Notes: a model not told the origin generated them from the letters alone. Shown: positions 38,691 to 48,247, counted from the first letter of the stretch. The stretch is DNA of 57,337 nucleotides from a virus (IMGVR_UViG_3300042402_000779:1-57337); one strand, 5' to 3'. Numbers and translations are program-made.

Positions 38691-39031
38691 TGAAACTTAA
38701 ATCACTACACATTGTAATCATTGTAGCGGTGGGTCTTTTGTTGGCTCAACATTTATTCATGTCAAATTCTTATAAGAAAGAGTACATGAAGATGCTCAAA
38801 CAACAAGAAGAAACTGCCAAACAAGAAATCCAAAGATTGCAGAGTAGTGTGGATTCATTGAAAGTTGTAAACTCTGAAATTGATAAAGAGATTGCAAAAG
38901 TGGATGCACAGCTTGATGCAAAAGATTCTCAAATTAAAAAACTAAAGAAACAACATGAAAAAGACGTTGCTAAGTTTAATTCTATGTCTGATGACGAGCT
39001 CACATCTGCTTTCACAGACGCATTCAAGTGA
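38690..39031 (+). CDS. putative inner-membrane spanin-like protein
   Basis: N-terminal TM helix plus a long coiled coil; overlaps the next ORF. Confidence 0.5.
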   Translation: MKLKSLHIVIIVAVGLLLAQHLFMSNSYKKEYMKMLKQQEETAKQEIQRLQSSVDSLKVVNSEIDKEIAKVDAQLDAKDSQIKKLKKQHEKDVAKFNSMSDDELTSAFTDAFK

Positions 39032-39362
39032 TTCTACTCTAATTGCAGTTCCAAGACACACTTTGGAAAAAGCATTGGTCATAAAGGCTAAGTACGAACT
39101 ATGTGATGCTGAACTAATCCTTGTAAAGGATAAGGTTGTATTGCTGGAAAAAAAAATCGAATTAAAAGATTCACAAATTGTGAACTTAAATAAGATTGTA
39201 AAAGATGTAGAATCTATTGTTGTTGAAAAAGACAAAATCATAGAGATAAAAGAATCTGAAATCAAAGTTTTAAAATCAGAAAAACGAAAAAAGTATTTTA
39301 GTGGATTAGCGACCGGTGGTAGTATTGGTATTTTGGCTATGACATTGATATTTTTATTATAA
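38955..39362 (+). CDS. secreted/membrane coiled-coil protein, putative spanin partner
   Basis: Signal-peptide-like N-terminus, coiled coil and C-terminal hydrophobic segment; 77-nt overlap with the upstream ORF. Confidence 0.45.
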   Translation: MKKTLLSLILCLMTSSHLLSQTHSSDSTLIAVPRHTLEKALVIKAKYELCDAELILVKDKVVLLEKKIELKDSQIVNLNKIVKDVESIVVEKDKIIEIKESEIKVLKSEKRKKYFSGLATGGSIGILAMTLIFLL

Positions 39363-39371
39363 AAATTACCT

Positions 39372-40946
39372 ATGGCAAAAACTTTAAAGGAAATGATAAG
39401 GGAAGAGTACATTAAGTGTGCGAAAGACCCTGTATATTTCTTTAAAAAGTATTGTTACATCCAACACCCACACCGAGGTAAGATTCTATTTAATTTGTAT
39501 CCGTTCCAAGAAGACTTGATGACGGACTTCAACGATAATAGATTTAACGTAATCCTAAAATCACGTCAGTTAGGTATCTCGACATTATCCGCTGGATATT
39601 CATTGTGGTTGATGTTGTTTCATGAAGATAAAAACATATTGGTAATTGCAACTAAACAAGAAGTAGCGAAAAACCTTGTTACAAAAGTTAGATTCATGCA
39701 CGATAGTTTACCAAGTTGGTTAAAGAGTGAAACTGTCGAAGATAATAAATTATCATTAAGATTACGGAATGGTTCTCAAATTAAAGCAACGTCTGCCGCA
39801 GGTGATGCTGGTCGTTCTGAAGCATTGTCAATGTTGATTATTGACGAGGCTGCGTTTATTCAAAATATTGAGGATATTTGGACATCTGCTCAATCAACCC
39901 TTTCTACTGGTGGTAAAGCTATCGTACTTTCAACTCCAAATGGTGTTGGTAACTGGTTCCACAAGATTTGGTTGAAGGGTGAGAATGGTGATAGTTGGAA
40001 TCCGATTAAACTTCACTGGACTGTACACCCTGAACGAAATCAAAAGTGGAGAGATGACCAAACCAAACTCCTTGGTGATAAAGGTGCTGCCCAAGAATGT
40101 GATTGTGACTTCATCAGTTCAGGTTACACAGTTGTTGACCCATCTATTTTAACATGGTATACTGAAACCTATATAAAAGACCCTGTGGAAAAACGTGGGT
40201 TTGATAGTAACTATTGGATATGGGAATATCCGAATTATTCTCGTGATTATGTAGTTGTAGCTGACGTTGCCCGTGGTGATGGGCAAGACTATTCGGCATT
40301 TCACGTTATAGATGTAGAGACAGTCGAACAAGTAGCCGAATATAAAGGTAAAATTGAAACCAAACAATTTGGTGCCATGTTAACTTCTATTGCTGCTGAA
40401 TGGAACAACGCAATGTTAGTGATTGAAAACGCAAATATTGGTTGGGCTGTAATTCAAGAAGTAATTGACCGAAATTATACCAATCTATATTATTCATATC
40501 GTGAAGTTGGATATGTTGACGAGGATGTTCATCTTCGTAAAGGTTGGGACTTGAAAAAGAAAGAGGACATGGTTCCTGGTTTTTCTATGACATCAAGAAC
40601 TCGACCACTTGTGATATCAAAGTTAGATACTTACATGAGAGAAAAGGCACCAATCATTCATTCTAAAAGATTGATTGATGAATTGTTTGTTTTTATTTGG
40701 AATGGGTCAAGAGCGGAAGCTCAACAAGGATATAATGATGACTTGGTAATGTCATTCTCCACAGGTCTTTGGGTAAGGGATACTGCATTAAAATTAAGAC
40801 AACAGGGTATTGATTTAACAAGAACAGCTCTGACTCACATTGGAAAATCAAACACAGGTGCTTACAATTCAAGACTTGGTAATAAAAATCCATGGGTTGT
40901 TAAGGATGGTCATGGTAACGACCTTGACATGACTTGGATTCTTTAA
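39372..40946 (+). CDS. terL: terminase large subunit (T4 gp17-like)
   Basis: LYPFQ, KSRQLGIST, LIIDEAAF, STPNG, ADVARG.G.DYS, IENAN, NDDLVMS. Confidence 0.95.
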   Translation: MAKTLKEMIREEYIKCAKDPVYFFKKYCYIQHPHRGKILFNLYPFQEDLMTDFNDNRFNVILKSRQLGISTLSAGYSLWLMLFHEDKNILVIATKQEVAKNLVTKVRFMHDSLPSWLKSETVEDNKLSLRLRNGSQIKATSAAGDAGRSEALSMLIIDEAAFIQNIEDIWTSAQSTLSTGGKAIVLSTPNGVGNWFHKIWLKGENGDSWNPIKLHWTVHPERNQKWRDDQTKLLGDKGAAQECDCDFISSGYTVVDPSILTWYTETYIKDPVEKRGFDSNYWIWEYPNYSRDYVVVADVARGDGQDYSAFHVIDVETVEQVAEYKGKIETKQFGAMLTSIAAEWNNAMLVIENANIGWAVIQEVIDRNYTNLYYSYREVGYVDEDVHLRKGWDLKKKEDMVPGFSMTSRTRPLVISKLDTYMREKAPIIHSKRLIDELFVFIWNGSRAEAQQGYNDDLVMSFSTGLWVRDTALKLRQQGIDLTRTALTHIGKSNTGAYNSRLGNKNPWVVKDGHGNDLDMTWIL

Positions 40947-40979
40947 TTTGGTAGTTAAGTTTATTTTTTGTATATTTAT
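40947..40979 (+). promoter_or_regulatory. overlapping host-type and candidate late promoter upstream of portal
   Basis: TTTG (40947-40950), 20 nt, TATATTTA (40971-40978), overlapping TATTTAT (40973-40979). Confidence 0.55.
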
Positions 40980-41014
40980 AACTTGTAAGAGTATACAAAT
41001 TAGAGAAACACAAT

Positions 41015-42868
41015 ATGGCAGATAATTCAATATATGGTAGACTGAAAAAATTATTCAACACCCAAGTAGTCGTTAGACGAATTGGTAAGGATAAAGTTCA
41101 GACTGTCGATACTCAAAGACTCCAATCTCAAGGTAATATGAGACAAAGCTCGTATTATGACCGATTTGGTAGACTACATTCGTCTCGTAGAAACTGGGAA
41201 ACCTATAATCAACAATTCAATTACTATTCTAATAAATTGGAATTGTATACCGATTATGAATCTATGGACAAAGACTCAATCATCGCTTCGGTTCTTGATA
41301 TTTACTCCGATGAATGTACTTTAAAAAATGACATGGGTGATGTTTTACGAATCAAATCATCCGATGAGAATCTAAAGAAAGTTCTTCACAATTTATTTTA
41401 CGATGTTCTGAATATTGAATTCAACCTATGGGCTTGGATTCGTGGTATGAACAAGTATGGTGATTACTACTTACACCTTGACATTGAACCTGAAGTTGGT
41501 ATTGTAAACGTATCACCAATGTCTACATACGAAGTAGAACGTGTTGAAGGATTCAATCCTGACAATCCGTATGAAGTTAAGTTTAAATTAAGTTCAATGT
41601 CATCCGCTCCAAACTCATATAACATTATGGGTAAAGCTAGAGAGGGTGTTGAATTTGATTTCTATCAAGTAGCTCACTTCAGACTTATGGCTGACTCAAA
41701 CTTCTTACCATATGGTCGTTCTATGTTAGAGCCAGCTCGTAAGACTTGGAAACAATTAACTCTTATGGAAGATGCTATGATGATTCATCGTATCATGAGA
41801 GCTCCCGAGAAAAGAATCTTCAAAATTGACGTTGGTAATATCCCACCTGGTGAAGTTGACCAACACATGAGGAACATCATTGACCAAATGAAGAAAGTTC
41901 CATACATCGACCAGAATACCGGTGACTACAACCTTAAATTCAATATGCAGAATATGTTGGAAGACTATTATCTTCCTGTAAGAGGTGGTCAAAGTGGAAC
42001 TGAAATCGATTCGTTGAGTGGTATGGAGTTCGGTGGTATTGATGATATCGAATATTTAAAAAATAGAATGATGGCTGCTTTAAAAGTTCCTAAAGCATTC
42101 ATCGGATACGAAGAAGGTGTTGAAGGTAAAGCTACACTTGCTCAACAAGACATTAGATTTGCACGTACTGTTGAACGTATCCAAAAAATTGCTGTTTCTG
42201 AACTTACAAAGATTGCAATAGTTCACTTATATACTCAAGGTTACGAAGGTGCTGACCTTGTAAACTTTGAATTGGAGTTAACGACTCCATCTGTTATCTA
42301 CGAACAAGAGAAAGCCGCTCTTTGGACTGAAAAAACAAGTTTAGTTAGTTCAATGAAAGAGTTAAAAATGATTTCTCAAGAATGGATGTATAAAAACATC
42401 TTTAATATGTCAGATGATGAGTGGAAACTCGAACAAGCTAAAGTTATCAATGACTTAAAACTTGGTTTCAGACAAGAACAAATCGTAAATGAAGGTAATG
42501 ATCCTGTTAAAACTGGTGAATCCTTTGGTACACCACATGATTTGGCTGTAGTATCACAACAACCTGCTGAAGAAGAGGGTGGTTCACCGGAAGGTGGATT
42601 TGAAGGTGCTGGTAGACCAACTGAAGGTGGTACATATGGTACTGATGATGCTAATATGGGTCGTGACCCGTTGGGTAAAAAGACCGATGTTGGTACTGAT
42701 TCAGCATATCACACATTTAGAGGTTCGCCGAACACATTAGAGTCCTTAAAAAAGTCTATGAGTAAGGTTAAGACCAAAAAAATGATAATTGAATCGTTAA
42801 AAACTGAAGAAGAACCAAAAGAGTTTGATATGTTGGATGAATCTAACTTGTTAGACGATACGATTTGA
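41015..42868 (+). CDS. portal protein (T4 gp20-like)
   Basis: LMEDAMMIHRIMRAPEKRIFKIDVGN, EDYYLPVRG, GTEIDSL, ALKVP. Confidence 0.95.
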   Translation: MADNSIYGRLKKLFNTQVVVRRIGKDKVQTVDTQRLQSQGNMRQSSYYDRFGRLHSSRRNWETYNQQFNYYSNKLELYTDYESMDKDSIIASVLDIYSDECTLKNDMGDVLRIKSSDENLKKVLHNLFYDVLNIEFNLWAWIRGMNKYGDYYLHLDIEPEVGIVNVSPMSTYEVERVEGFNPDNPYEVKFKLSSMSSAPNSYNIMGKAREGVEFDFYQVAHFRLMADSNFLPYGRSMLEPARKTWKQLTLMEDAMMIHRIMRAPEKRIFKIDVGNIPPGEVDQHMRNIIDQMKKVPYIDQNTGDYNLKFNMQNMLEDYYLPVRGGQSGTEIDSLSGMEFGGIDDIEYLKNRMMAALKVPKAFIGYEEGVEGKATLAQQDIRFARTVERIQKIAVSELTKIAIVHLYTQGYEGADLVNFELELTTPSVIYEQEKAALWTEKTSLVSSMKELKMISQEWMYKNIFNMSDDEWKLEQAKVINDLKLGFRQEQIVNEGNDPVKTGESFGTPHDLAVVSQQPAEEEGGSPEGGFEGAGRPTEGGTYGTDDANMGRDPLGKKTDVGTDSAYHTFRGSPNTLESLKKSMSKVKTKKMIIESLKTEEEPKEFDMLDESNLLDDTI

Positions 42869-42880
42869 GTATAAGTGTAA

Positions 42881-42887
42881 TATTTAT
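42881..42887 (+). promoter_or_regulatory. candidate late promoter TATTTAT
   Basis: Intergenic, 28 nt before ATG 42916. Confidence 0.6.
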
Positions 42888-42915
42888 AAAGTAGAAACAA
42901 AAGAGAAAGTTTAAG

Positions 42916-43764
42916 ATGACGAAACTTAAACATAGTAAATTTAAGAATACGGGTATCCTATTTGAATTACTCGTAAGACAAATCGCTTCAGACACATTAG
43001 CGGGTAAAGACTCTCTTGCCCTTGAAATTATTAAAAAACATTTCAAAAAAGGAAGCGAATTAAGTAAAGAATTGAAATTATATCAATCTCTGACAAAGGA
43101 AACCTTTGATTCACAATATAAAGCTCAAGAATTTGTAAATATTATTTTACAAGAACGTGGGTCGTTGACCGAGACTACTTTGAAGAGACAAAAATACAAC
43201 TTAATTAAATCCATCAAAGAATCTTTTGTGATGGAAGACTTTTTTAAGTATCGTGTATCAAACTATAAGCAATTGGCTTCTATATACAAAGTGTTTGAGT
43301 ACACACAATCGGTTTCACCAAAAGAATACGTTGATTGTAAAACGAATATCCTTGAAACCATCACTACAAAAGATGTAGAAATCATTTCAGAATCAGCAAC
43401 TACCAAAGAATACGCTGAACAACCTAAAGAGGTTCGTATGTTGGCTTACAAATTCTTGGTTGATTCGTTTAATTCAAAATATACAACACTTTCAGAATCT
43501 CAAAAAAAGGTACTTCGTAATTATATCAATAATGTCGATAATTCTAACAATTTGAGAAAGTTTGTGTTATCTGAAGTTAAAAAGTTAAAGTCCGAATTTG
43601 CTAAAGTAAAGGTTACTGATAAGGTTGCAAGTATTAAGGTAAATGAGACTGTTAATTTAATTGATAATATTTCAAATTCAAAGGTAATCAACGAAAATCA
43701 AATTTTATCGTTGTTAAGATACCATGAATTGTTACAAGAATTAAGGAGAGTATCTAATGTCTAA
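42916..43764 (+). CDS. head-cluster hypothetical protein
   Basis: Helical 282-aa ORF between portal and prohead protease. Confidence 0.65.
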   Translation: MTKLKHSKFKNTGILFELLVRQIASDTLAGKDSLALEIIKKHFKKGSELSKELKLYQSLTKETFDSQYKAQEFVNIILQERGSLTETTLKRQKYNLIKSIKESFVMEDFFKYRVSNYKQLASIYKVFEYTQSVSPKEYVDCKTNILETITTKDVEIISESATTKEYAEQPKEVRMLAYKFLVDSFNSKYTTLSESQKKVLRNYINNVDNSNNLRKFVLSEVKKLKSEFAKVKVTDKVASIKVNETVNLIDNISNSKVINENQILSLLRYHELLQELRRVSNV

Positions 43765-44260
43765 ATTTTTATTAGAACAACTTGACTTAAAATTTAAGCA
43801 ATTCGAAGAAGAAGAGCTTGAAGAGGCAAATGTCACTGGAAATATGGATGGTGGCGCTGGACCCCCACGGACTCCGAACGCATTTGCCAAATCACAAGAT
43901 GAAGACGATTTAGACACAGACCACATTGAGGTGTTGGGTTACAAAAAGTCCAAAAAAGAAAAGCAACACTTTGAAGCTATTTCTCGTATGGAAACTCAAC
44001 TTGAAAGTCTAATCGAAGCCACTTATAGGGCATATAAAAAAGACGAAACACTTTCTGCTAAAAAGAAAGTGAATTTGGCTATCAAAGAAATCAATCGAAA
44101 ATTGTATGAGGTTGAACAATTGGTAAACCAGAACACAAAATTAAAAACCGAAATGGGTGTAGACCAAGGTCAGTATTGGGAATCAACTAAAATGAGATTT
44201 TCAAAGATTTCGGAAAGAATGTTAAAGATTTCTCGTAAAATTAAAGAATTGGGTGCTTAA
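43757..44260 (+). CDS. head-cluster hypothetical protein (possible prohead core)
   Basis: SD TAAGGAG; acidic N-terminus with LLE/LEE/LIE motifs; coiled-coil C-terminus. Confidence 0.6.
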   Translation: MSKFLLEQLDLKFKQFEEEELEEANVTGNMDGGAGPPRTPNAFAKSQDEDDLDTDHIEVLGYKKSKKEKQHFEAISRMETQLESLIEATYRAYKKDETLSAKKKVNLAIKEINRKLYEVEQLVNQNTKLKTEMGVDQGQYWESTKMRFSKISERMLKISRKIKELGA

Positions 44261-44261
44261 T

Positions 44262-44405
44262 ATGTCTTGCGGATGTAACAAAAATAAAAATTTAAAGGAA
44301 GCTCTTGAAGTCGATGACCTTGAGCAAGTCCGTTATATAATCCGTAGAGAAATTGCAAGAATATTCTTTGATTTATATCGTAAAAGACAAGTTTGGGAGA
44401 AATAA
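44262..44405 (+). CDS. 47-aa small protein missed by the ORF track
   Basis: MSCGCNKNKNLKEALEVDDLEQVRYIIRREIARIFFDLYRKRQVWEK*; fills the gap exactly and its TAA overlaps the protease ATG (TAATG). Confidence 0.7.
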   Translation: MSCGCNKNKNLKEALEVDDLEQVRYIIRREIARIFFDLYRKRQVWEK

Positions 44406-45043
44406 TGAAACAATTATTAATAGATGTTAGTTTATTTGAGATTACACCTCAAATGTTGAAAGAATCACACGATAAAAGTGGTAGATTCATTGTAAGTGGT
44501 GTACTTCAGAGAGCTAATGCTAAAAACCAAAATGGTAGAGTCTATCCCAAAGAAATCCTTGAACGAGAACTCGAAAAATACAAGGGTAGAGAGATTAGAG
44601 AGAATAGAGCTTATGGCGAACTCGACCACCCTGAATCATCGGTAGTTGAATTGAAGAATACTTCACATATCATTCGTGATGTGTGGTGGAATGGTGATGA
44701 TGTTGTTGGTCAGGTGGAAATATTAAATACACCTGCTGGTAAAATCTTACAAGAACTGGTTAAGGCTGGTTGTACTGTTGGTATTTCATCAAGGGGTATG
44801 GGTTCTGTTAAACAAATCAAAGAAGATGGTACTGTTGCTGTTGAAAACGACTTCGAATTGATTTGTTGGGACTTTGTATCAAATCCATCAACTCAAGGTG
44901 CTTTTTTGAGACCTACAAATGAAGGTGTCATTAAAGAAAGTGTTCAAAGAAAACAAACTAATTATACTAAAGCTAATACCATCATGAGAGATATCATTTG
45001 TGAAGTTGGTGGTTATTGCGAATGTGATTTTGGAGTAAAATAA
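44405..45043 (+). CDS. prohead core protease (T4 gp21-like)
   Basis: NQNGRVYP, GELDHP, GISSRGMG, DFVSNPS; start at ATG 44405 with GGAG upstream. Confidence 0.93.
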   Translation: MKQLLIDVSLFEITPQMLKESHDKSGRFIVSGVLQRANAKNQNGRVYPKEILERELEKYKGREIRENRAYGELDHPESSVVELKNTSHIIRDVWWNGDDVVGQVEILNTPAGKILQELVKAGCTVGISSRGMGSVKQIKEDGTVAVENDFELICWDFVSNPSTQGAFLRPTNEGVIKESVQRKQTNYTKANTIMRDIICEVGGYCECDFGVK

Positions 45044-45044
45044 A

Positions 45045-45893
45045 ATGAAAATGATGTCATTATTAAAAGAAGATGTTAGTAAATATACTAATGCTGGTAT
45101 TAGCAAATTTGCAGTAGCGATTGCTTCATTAACTACAACAAGACCTGATGCAGTTCAAAAATTCGTTGATACTAACGAGTTGAATATTGAAAAATTATAC
45201 CAATTTCTTAAAAAAAGTAAGCTAGATGGTAAAATGGATTTTGTAACTGCACTTGTAGGTAAACCTAATAATCCTATCCAAAGGAAAATGATTAAAATGT
45301 TTTCTGAATCAGTAAACGAAGAACAAGACCACGAAGTGAAAATGTCTCAAAACTCATTAGATTCAATTATCAAGTACGCTACTGAATTGAAGCAAAAAAT
45401 GGGTGAGATGGAAAAAGATATTCCTGCTTGGATTCAAGACCACATCACTAATGCTGAAAACTACATTTCACAGGCATCTTCAAACTACCATGAATATAGT
45501 GGTGTTAATGAAAACTCAATCAATGAAATGAACCCAGCCGTTAATAAACTTGTTCACAAACTTTTAAGTAAAGAATTGAATGGGTTACGAGTTGGTGGTG
45601 CTAATCACCAATACGCATTAATGCACATTTTGATTGGTGCTTTAAGAGACGCTAATTTCTCTGCAGCTATTAAGAATGTTCCAAAGATATTTCCTAAAGC
45701 TAAATACGAAGGTGACCCTATGGGTGAACAAGACCTTGAGGATATGTACGAATATGAAATCGGTCCAAAAATTGCTTCTATGGCAAAGTGGGATGGTAAG
45801 GATATCGTAGATGCTGTTGGGTTTTATGTATCAATGACAATTGGTAGACCGATGGGTCAGAAAGTTGAACAACTTGTTGAAGGAAAAAAATGA
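45045..45893 (+). CDS. putative head-internal modular protein
   Basis: MKMMSLLKE leader; three modules separated by ESVNEE and VNENSINE. Confidence 0.6.
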   Translation: MKMMSLLKEDVSKYTNAGISKFAVAIASLTTTRPDAVQKFVDTNELNIEKLYQFLKKSKLDGKMDFVTALVGKPNNPIQRKMIKMFSESVNEEQDHEVKMSQNSLDSIIKYATELKQKMGEMEKDIPAWIQDHITNAENYISQASSNYHEYSGVNENSINEMNPAVNKLVHKLLSKELNGLRVGGANHQYALMHILIGALRDANFSAAIKNVPKIFPKAKYEGDPMGEQDLEDMYEYEIGPKIASMAKWDGKDIVDAVGFYVSMTIGRPMGQKVEQLVEGKK

Positions 45894-46177
45894 AACTAAA
45901 ATCATTACTTGAATCTAAAAAGACAATCAACGAAGCTTCTGAAGTTAAGTTCAACGAGATTGACCAACTGAAACAAAAACAAATCAAAGCATTTGAAAAT
46001 GTTATTGGTGGTAAACACACTGCTATCTTTGATGGTATTCACGGAATGATTGTGGATATCAAAAAACCATCAATGGGTGGTTCATATAGATTTGATTCAG
46101 CCGACCTCAAACAATTATTGGCACTCAAGATTCGTTGGGTCGAAGGTGATAAAGATGGTGTTTCAATCGGATTTTAA
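45890..46177 (+). CDS. putative head-internal small protein
   Basis: MKLKSLLESKKTINE leader followed by an ~80-aa module. Confidence 0.6.
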   Translation: MKLKSLLESKKTINEASEVKFNEIDQLKQKQIKAFENVIGGKHTAIFDGIHGMIVDIKKPSMGGSYRFDSADLKQLLALKIRWVEGDKDGVSIGF

Positions 46178-46200
46178 TTTTAAAACAAACGGATAATAAA

Positions 46201-47772
46201 ATGAAAAAGTTAAAAGACTTATTAAAAGAATCTCAAGAATTAGATTACCGCAGAATGAATGTTGGTGAAGAAGATGCTCAAGGAATGACCAAAGAAGAAA
46301 AACGTGCATTCGTTGAAGCCGTTGCTGCATATCGTCAATTAGGTGAGATGATTTCTCACAAAGGTAATCTTGCTGAAATTCACGATTCAATCAAAGGGAT
46401 TGTTGAAAACGCAAATTCAATTACTTTAAAAGAAACTGGTGATTGGTTTGATAGAGTAACTGTTCAGAGACACATGAAATCTATGAATGAATCATTCAAG
46501 GTTTTCTCAAACACAATCAAAGAGGTTTCTACTTTACAACAACGAATGGAATCTGCTTATGATGAGATTGGTGAAGTTCTTGGTAAATACTATGAAATCA
46601 AAGAAGGTAACGAGTTTGGTGCCGAAAGAGCAAAAGCTATTGCTGCTGGCGAAGATTCGTTTGAGGTTGATGGTAAGTCATTCAAAGTGACTGGTGTTGA
46701 TGATGAAGACAAAAAGAACGCTGAAGAGTTTGCTAATGAGTCTATGAAGTTGACTTCTTTATTGAAGAAAGAAGAACTTAAAGGTAACCAAGACAAAATT
46801 GATTTTGACGATGATGGTGAAATTGAAGCATCTGACTTGGCTGCGTTAAGAGCCGGTAAGAAAAAAGATGAATCAGTAAACGAAGGTAAGAAAAGATTCA
46901 AAACTGGATATGGTATTGGTAAAGCTAAATATGTAATCTCTCACCACAATGGTGTTGATAAACATGATGATGGTAGTGATTTCTATGGTATCTCAATCTA
47001 TAATAACCAAAAAGATTTTGAAAAAGGAAAGCAAGATTTTTTATCAAAAGGATATGTTGCCGAATCAGTAAACGAGGCATTTAGTGATAATAAAAACCTT
47101 AACTACATAATGAAGGGTAGAAAAGTTACAAATGTGGCGTATGATAGTGATTTTGGATTTGCTGTTATTTTGGATAATGGTAAATATGTTCTATTTAATA
47201 CACATAGTGCTAGACCAGGTCAGTCAAAAGATATGGAATTTGAATCAGTAAACGAAGGATTATCACCAGAGATTGCAAAACACATGAGTTCTATTCATAA
47301 AGGATTTGTTTCGGTAACCATGGATGGTGTAATGGTTTATGAAACCCCAGCTGCTGCTAAAAAAGCTTCTGACTTCTTAAATTCAAAACAAATCGCAGCT
47401 ACAGCCAATGGTAAAACATTATATATCGAATCAGTAGTAAAAAAATCTAATATTAACGAAGTATCAGCTGCCACACTCTTAAAGTCAGTTGCTAAAGGTG
47501 AATCTTCTCGTGTTCAAGGTGTGAAGATATCAAAAGCAATGGCTGAACACTTTTTGTTTTGGTTGCGTACATCTCCTTATGGTAAAAAGTATGATTCATT
47601 ACCATTCCATATGTTGTTTACTGCTGCTTTCAATTGGGGACTTCATAGATACATGGACCCTGCTTTGAAAGGTGAATATGAAACATTGAAAAAAGTTGCT
47701 ATTGAAATGGAAAAGAAACGCCGTGAGATGAAAAAACAAATGGCTAATAGCATCGCTCCCAAAAGAAAGTAA
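46201..47772 (+). CDS. putative head-internal mosaic polyprotein
   Basis: MKKLKDLLKE leader, internal MKLTSLLKKEE, EF-hand-like loop and three ESVNE junctions. Confidence 0.65.
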   Translation: MKKLKDLLKESQELDYRRMNVGEEDAQGMTKEEKRAFVEAVAAYRQLGEMISHKGNLAEIHDSIKGIVENANSITLKETGDWFDRVTVQRHMKSMNESFKVFSNTIKEVSTLQQRMESAYDEIGEVLGKYYEIKEGNEFGAERAKAIAAGEDSFEVDGKSFKVTGVDDEDKKNAEEFANESMKLTSLLKKEELKGNQDKIDFDDDGEIEASDLAALRAGKKKDESVNEGKKRFKTGYGIGKAKYVISHHNGVDKHDDGSDFYGISIYNNQKDFEKGKQDFLSKGYVAESVNEAFSDNKNLNYIMKGRKVTNVAYDSDFGFAVILDNGKYVLFNTHSARPGQSKDMEFESVNEGLSPEIAKHMSSIHKGFVSVTMDGVMVYETPAAAKKASDFLNSKQIAATANGKTLYIESVVKKSNINEVSAATLLKSVAKGESSRVQGVKISKAMAEHFLFWLRTSPYGKKYDSLPFHMLFTAAFNWGLHRYMDPALKGEYETLKKVAIEMEKKRREMKKQMANSIAPKRK

Positions 47773-47776
47773 TAAA

Positions 47777-48175
47777 ATGAGTAATACCGACATACTACAA
47801 CAATTATCATTGGATTTTTCAAAGTTTATAAAAAACAATCTATCTGATATTAAAAAGTTAAGTCCTCAACAACAAAAACACATTGGTGGGTTGTTCATGG
47901 ATTTTAAAGATGGATTGGATTCTATAAGTGAAAATACCGATTCAGTAAACGAAGCATATTGGGACCAAAAACGAAACGATACTGTTAGAAAAACTATGCC
48001 AGGATATGTTGGAGTTAAATTTGCTAAAGTTGCTTCTGAAGAAGATTTGGATTTGATGATTCGTTTAAAACAAGCAAATTCAGAACACGCTAACGCAATG
48101 TTACCAAATATAAAGTCAATGGACTACTTGTACAAAAAATACAAAATCAGTTCCAAAAAAGGTATTGAACAATAA
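47777..48175 (+). CDS. putative head-internal two-module protein
   Basis: Two segments joined at ISENTDSVNE. Confidence 0.55.
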   Translation: MSNTDILQQLSLDFSKFIKNNLSDIKKLSPQQQKHIGGLFMDFKDGLDSISENTDSVNEAYWDQKRNDTVRKTMPGYVGVKFAKVASEEDLDLMIRLKQANSEHANAMLPNIKSMDYLYKKYKISSKKGIEQ

Positions 48176-48203
48176 ACAATTGATTTTATAAAAAAGATTT
48201 TCA

Positions 48204-48210
48204 TATTTAT
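48204..48210 (+). promoter_or_regulatory. candidate late promoter TATTTAT upstream of bS21
   Basis: Intergenic, abutting the hairpin at 48211. Confidence 0.55.
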
Positions 48211-48247
48211 ATACACCTATCAGTAACATGGTAGGTGTATTTTTTTT
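48211..48247 (+). terminator. intrinsic terminator/attenuator hairpin upstream of bS21
   Basis: ATACACCTATCA-GTAACA-TGGTAGGTGTAT (12-bp stem, one G:U) followed by T7. Confidence 0.75.

Larger units (their letters stand above)
45306..47953 (+). repeat. dispersed 15-nt repeat GAATCAGTAAACGAA (ESVNE)
   Basis: Exact copies at 45306-45320, 46870-46884 and 47242-47256; one-mismatch copies at 47062-47076 and 47939-47953; partial copy at 47428. Confidence 0.85.

Noticed and set aside
18131-42888. TATAAATA on the minus strand as T4-type antisense late promoters
   Set aside because: No minus-strand genes follow. The motif is consistently placed just upstream of + strand starts and the terminal A is not conserved, so the + orientation is the better reading.
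45306-47953. ESVNE repeats as a CRISPR array
   Set aside because: The repeats are only 15 nt, in frame within genes, with spacing of 180 nt or more, and there are no cas genes.
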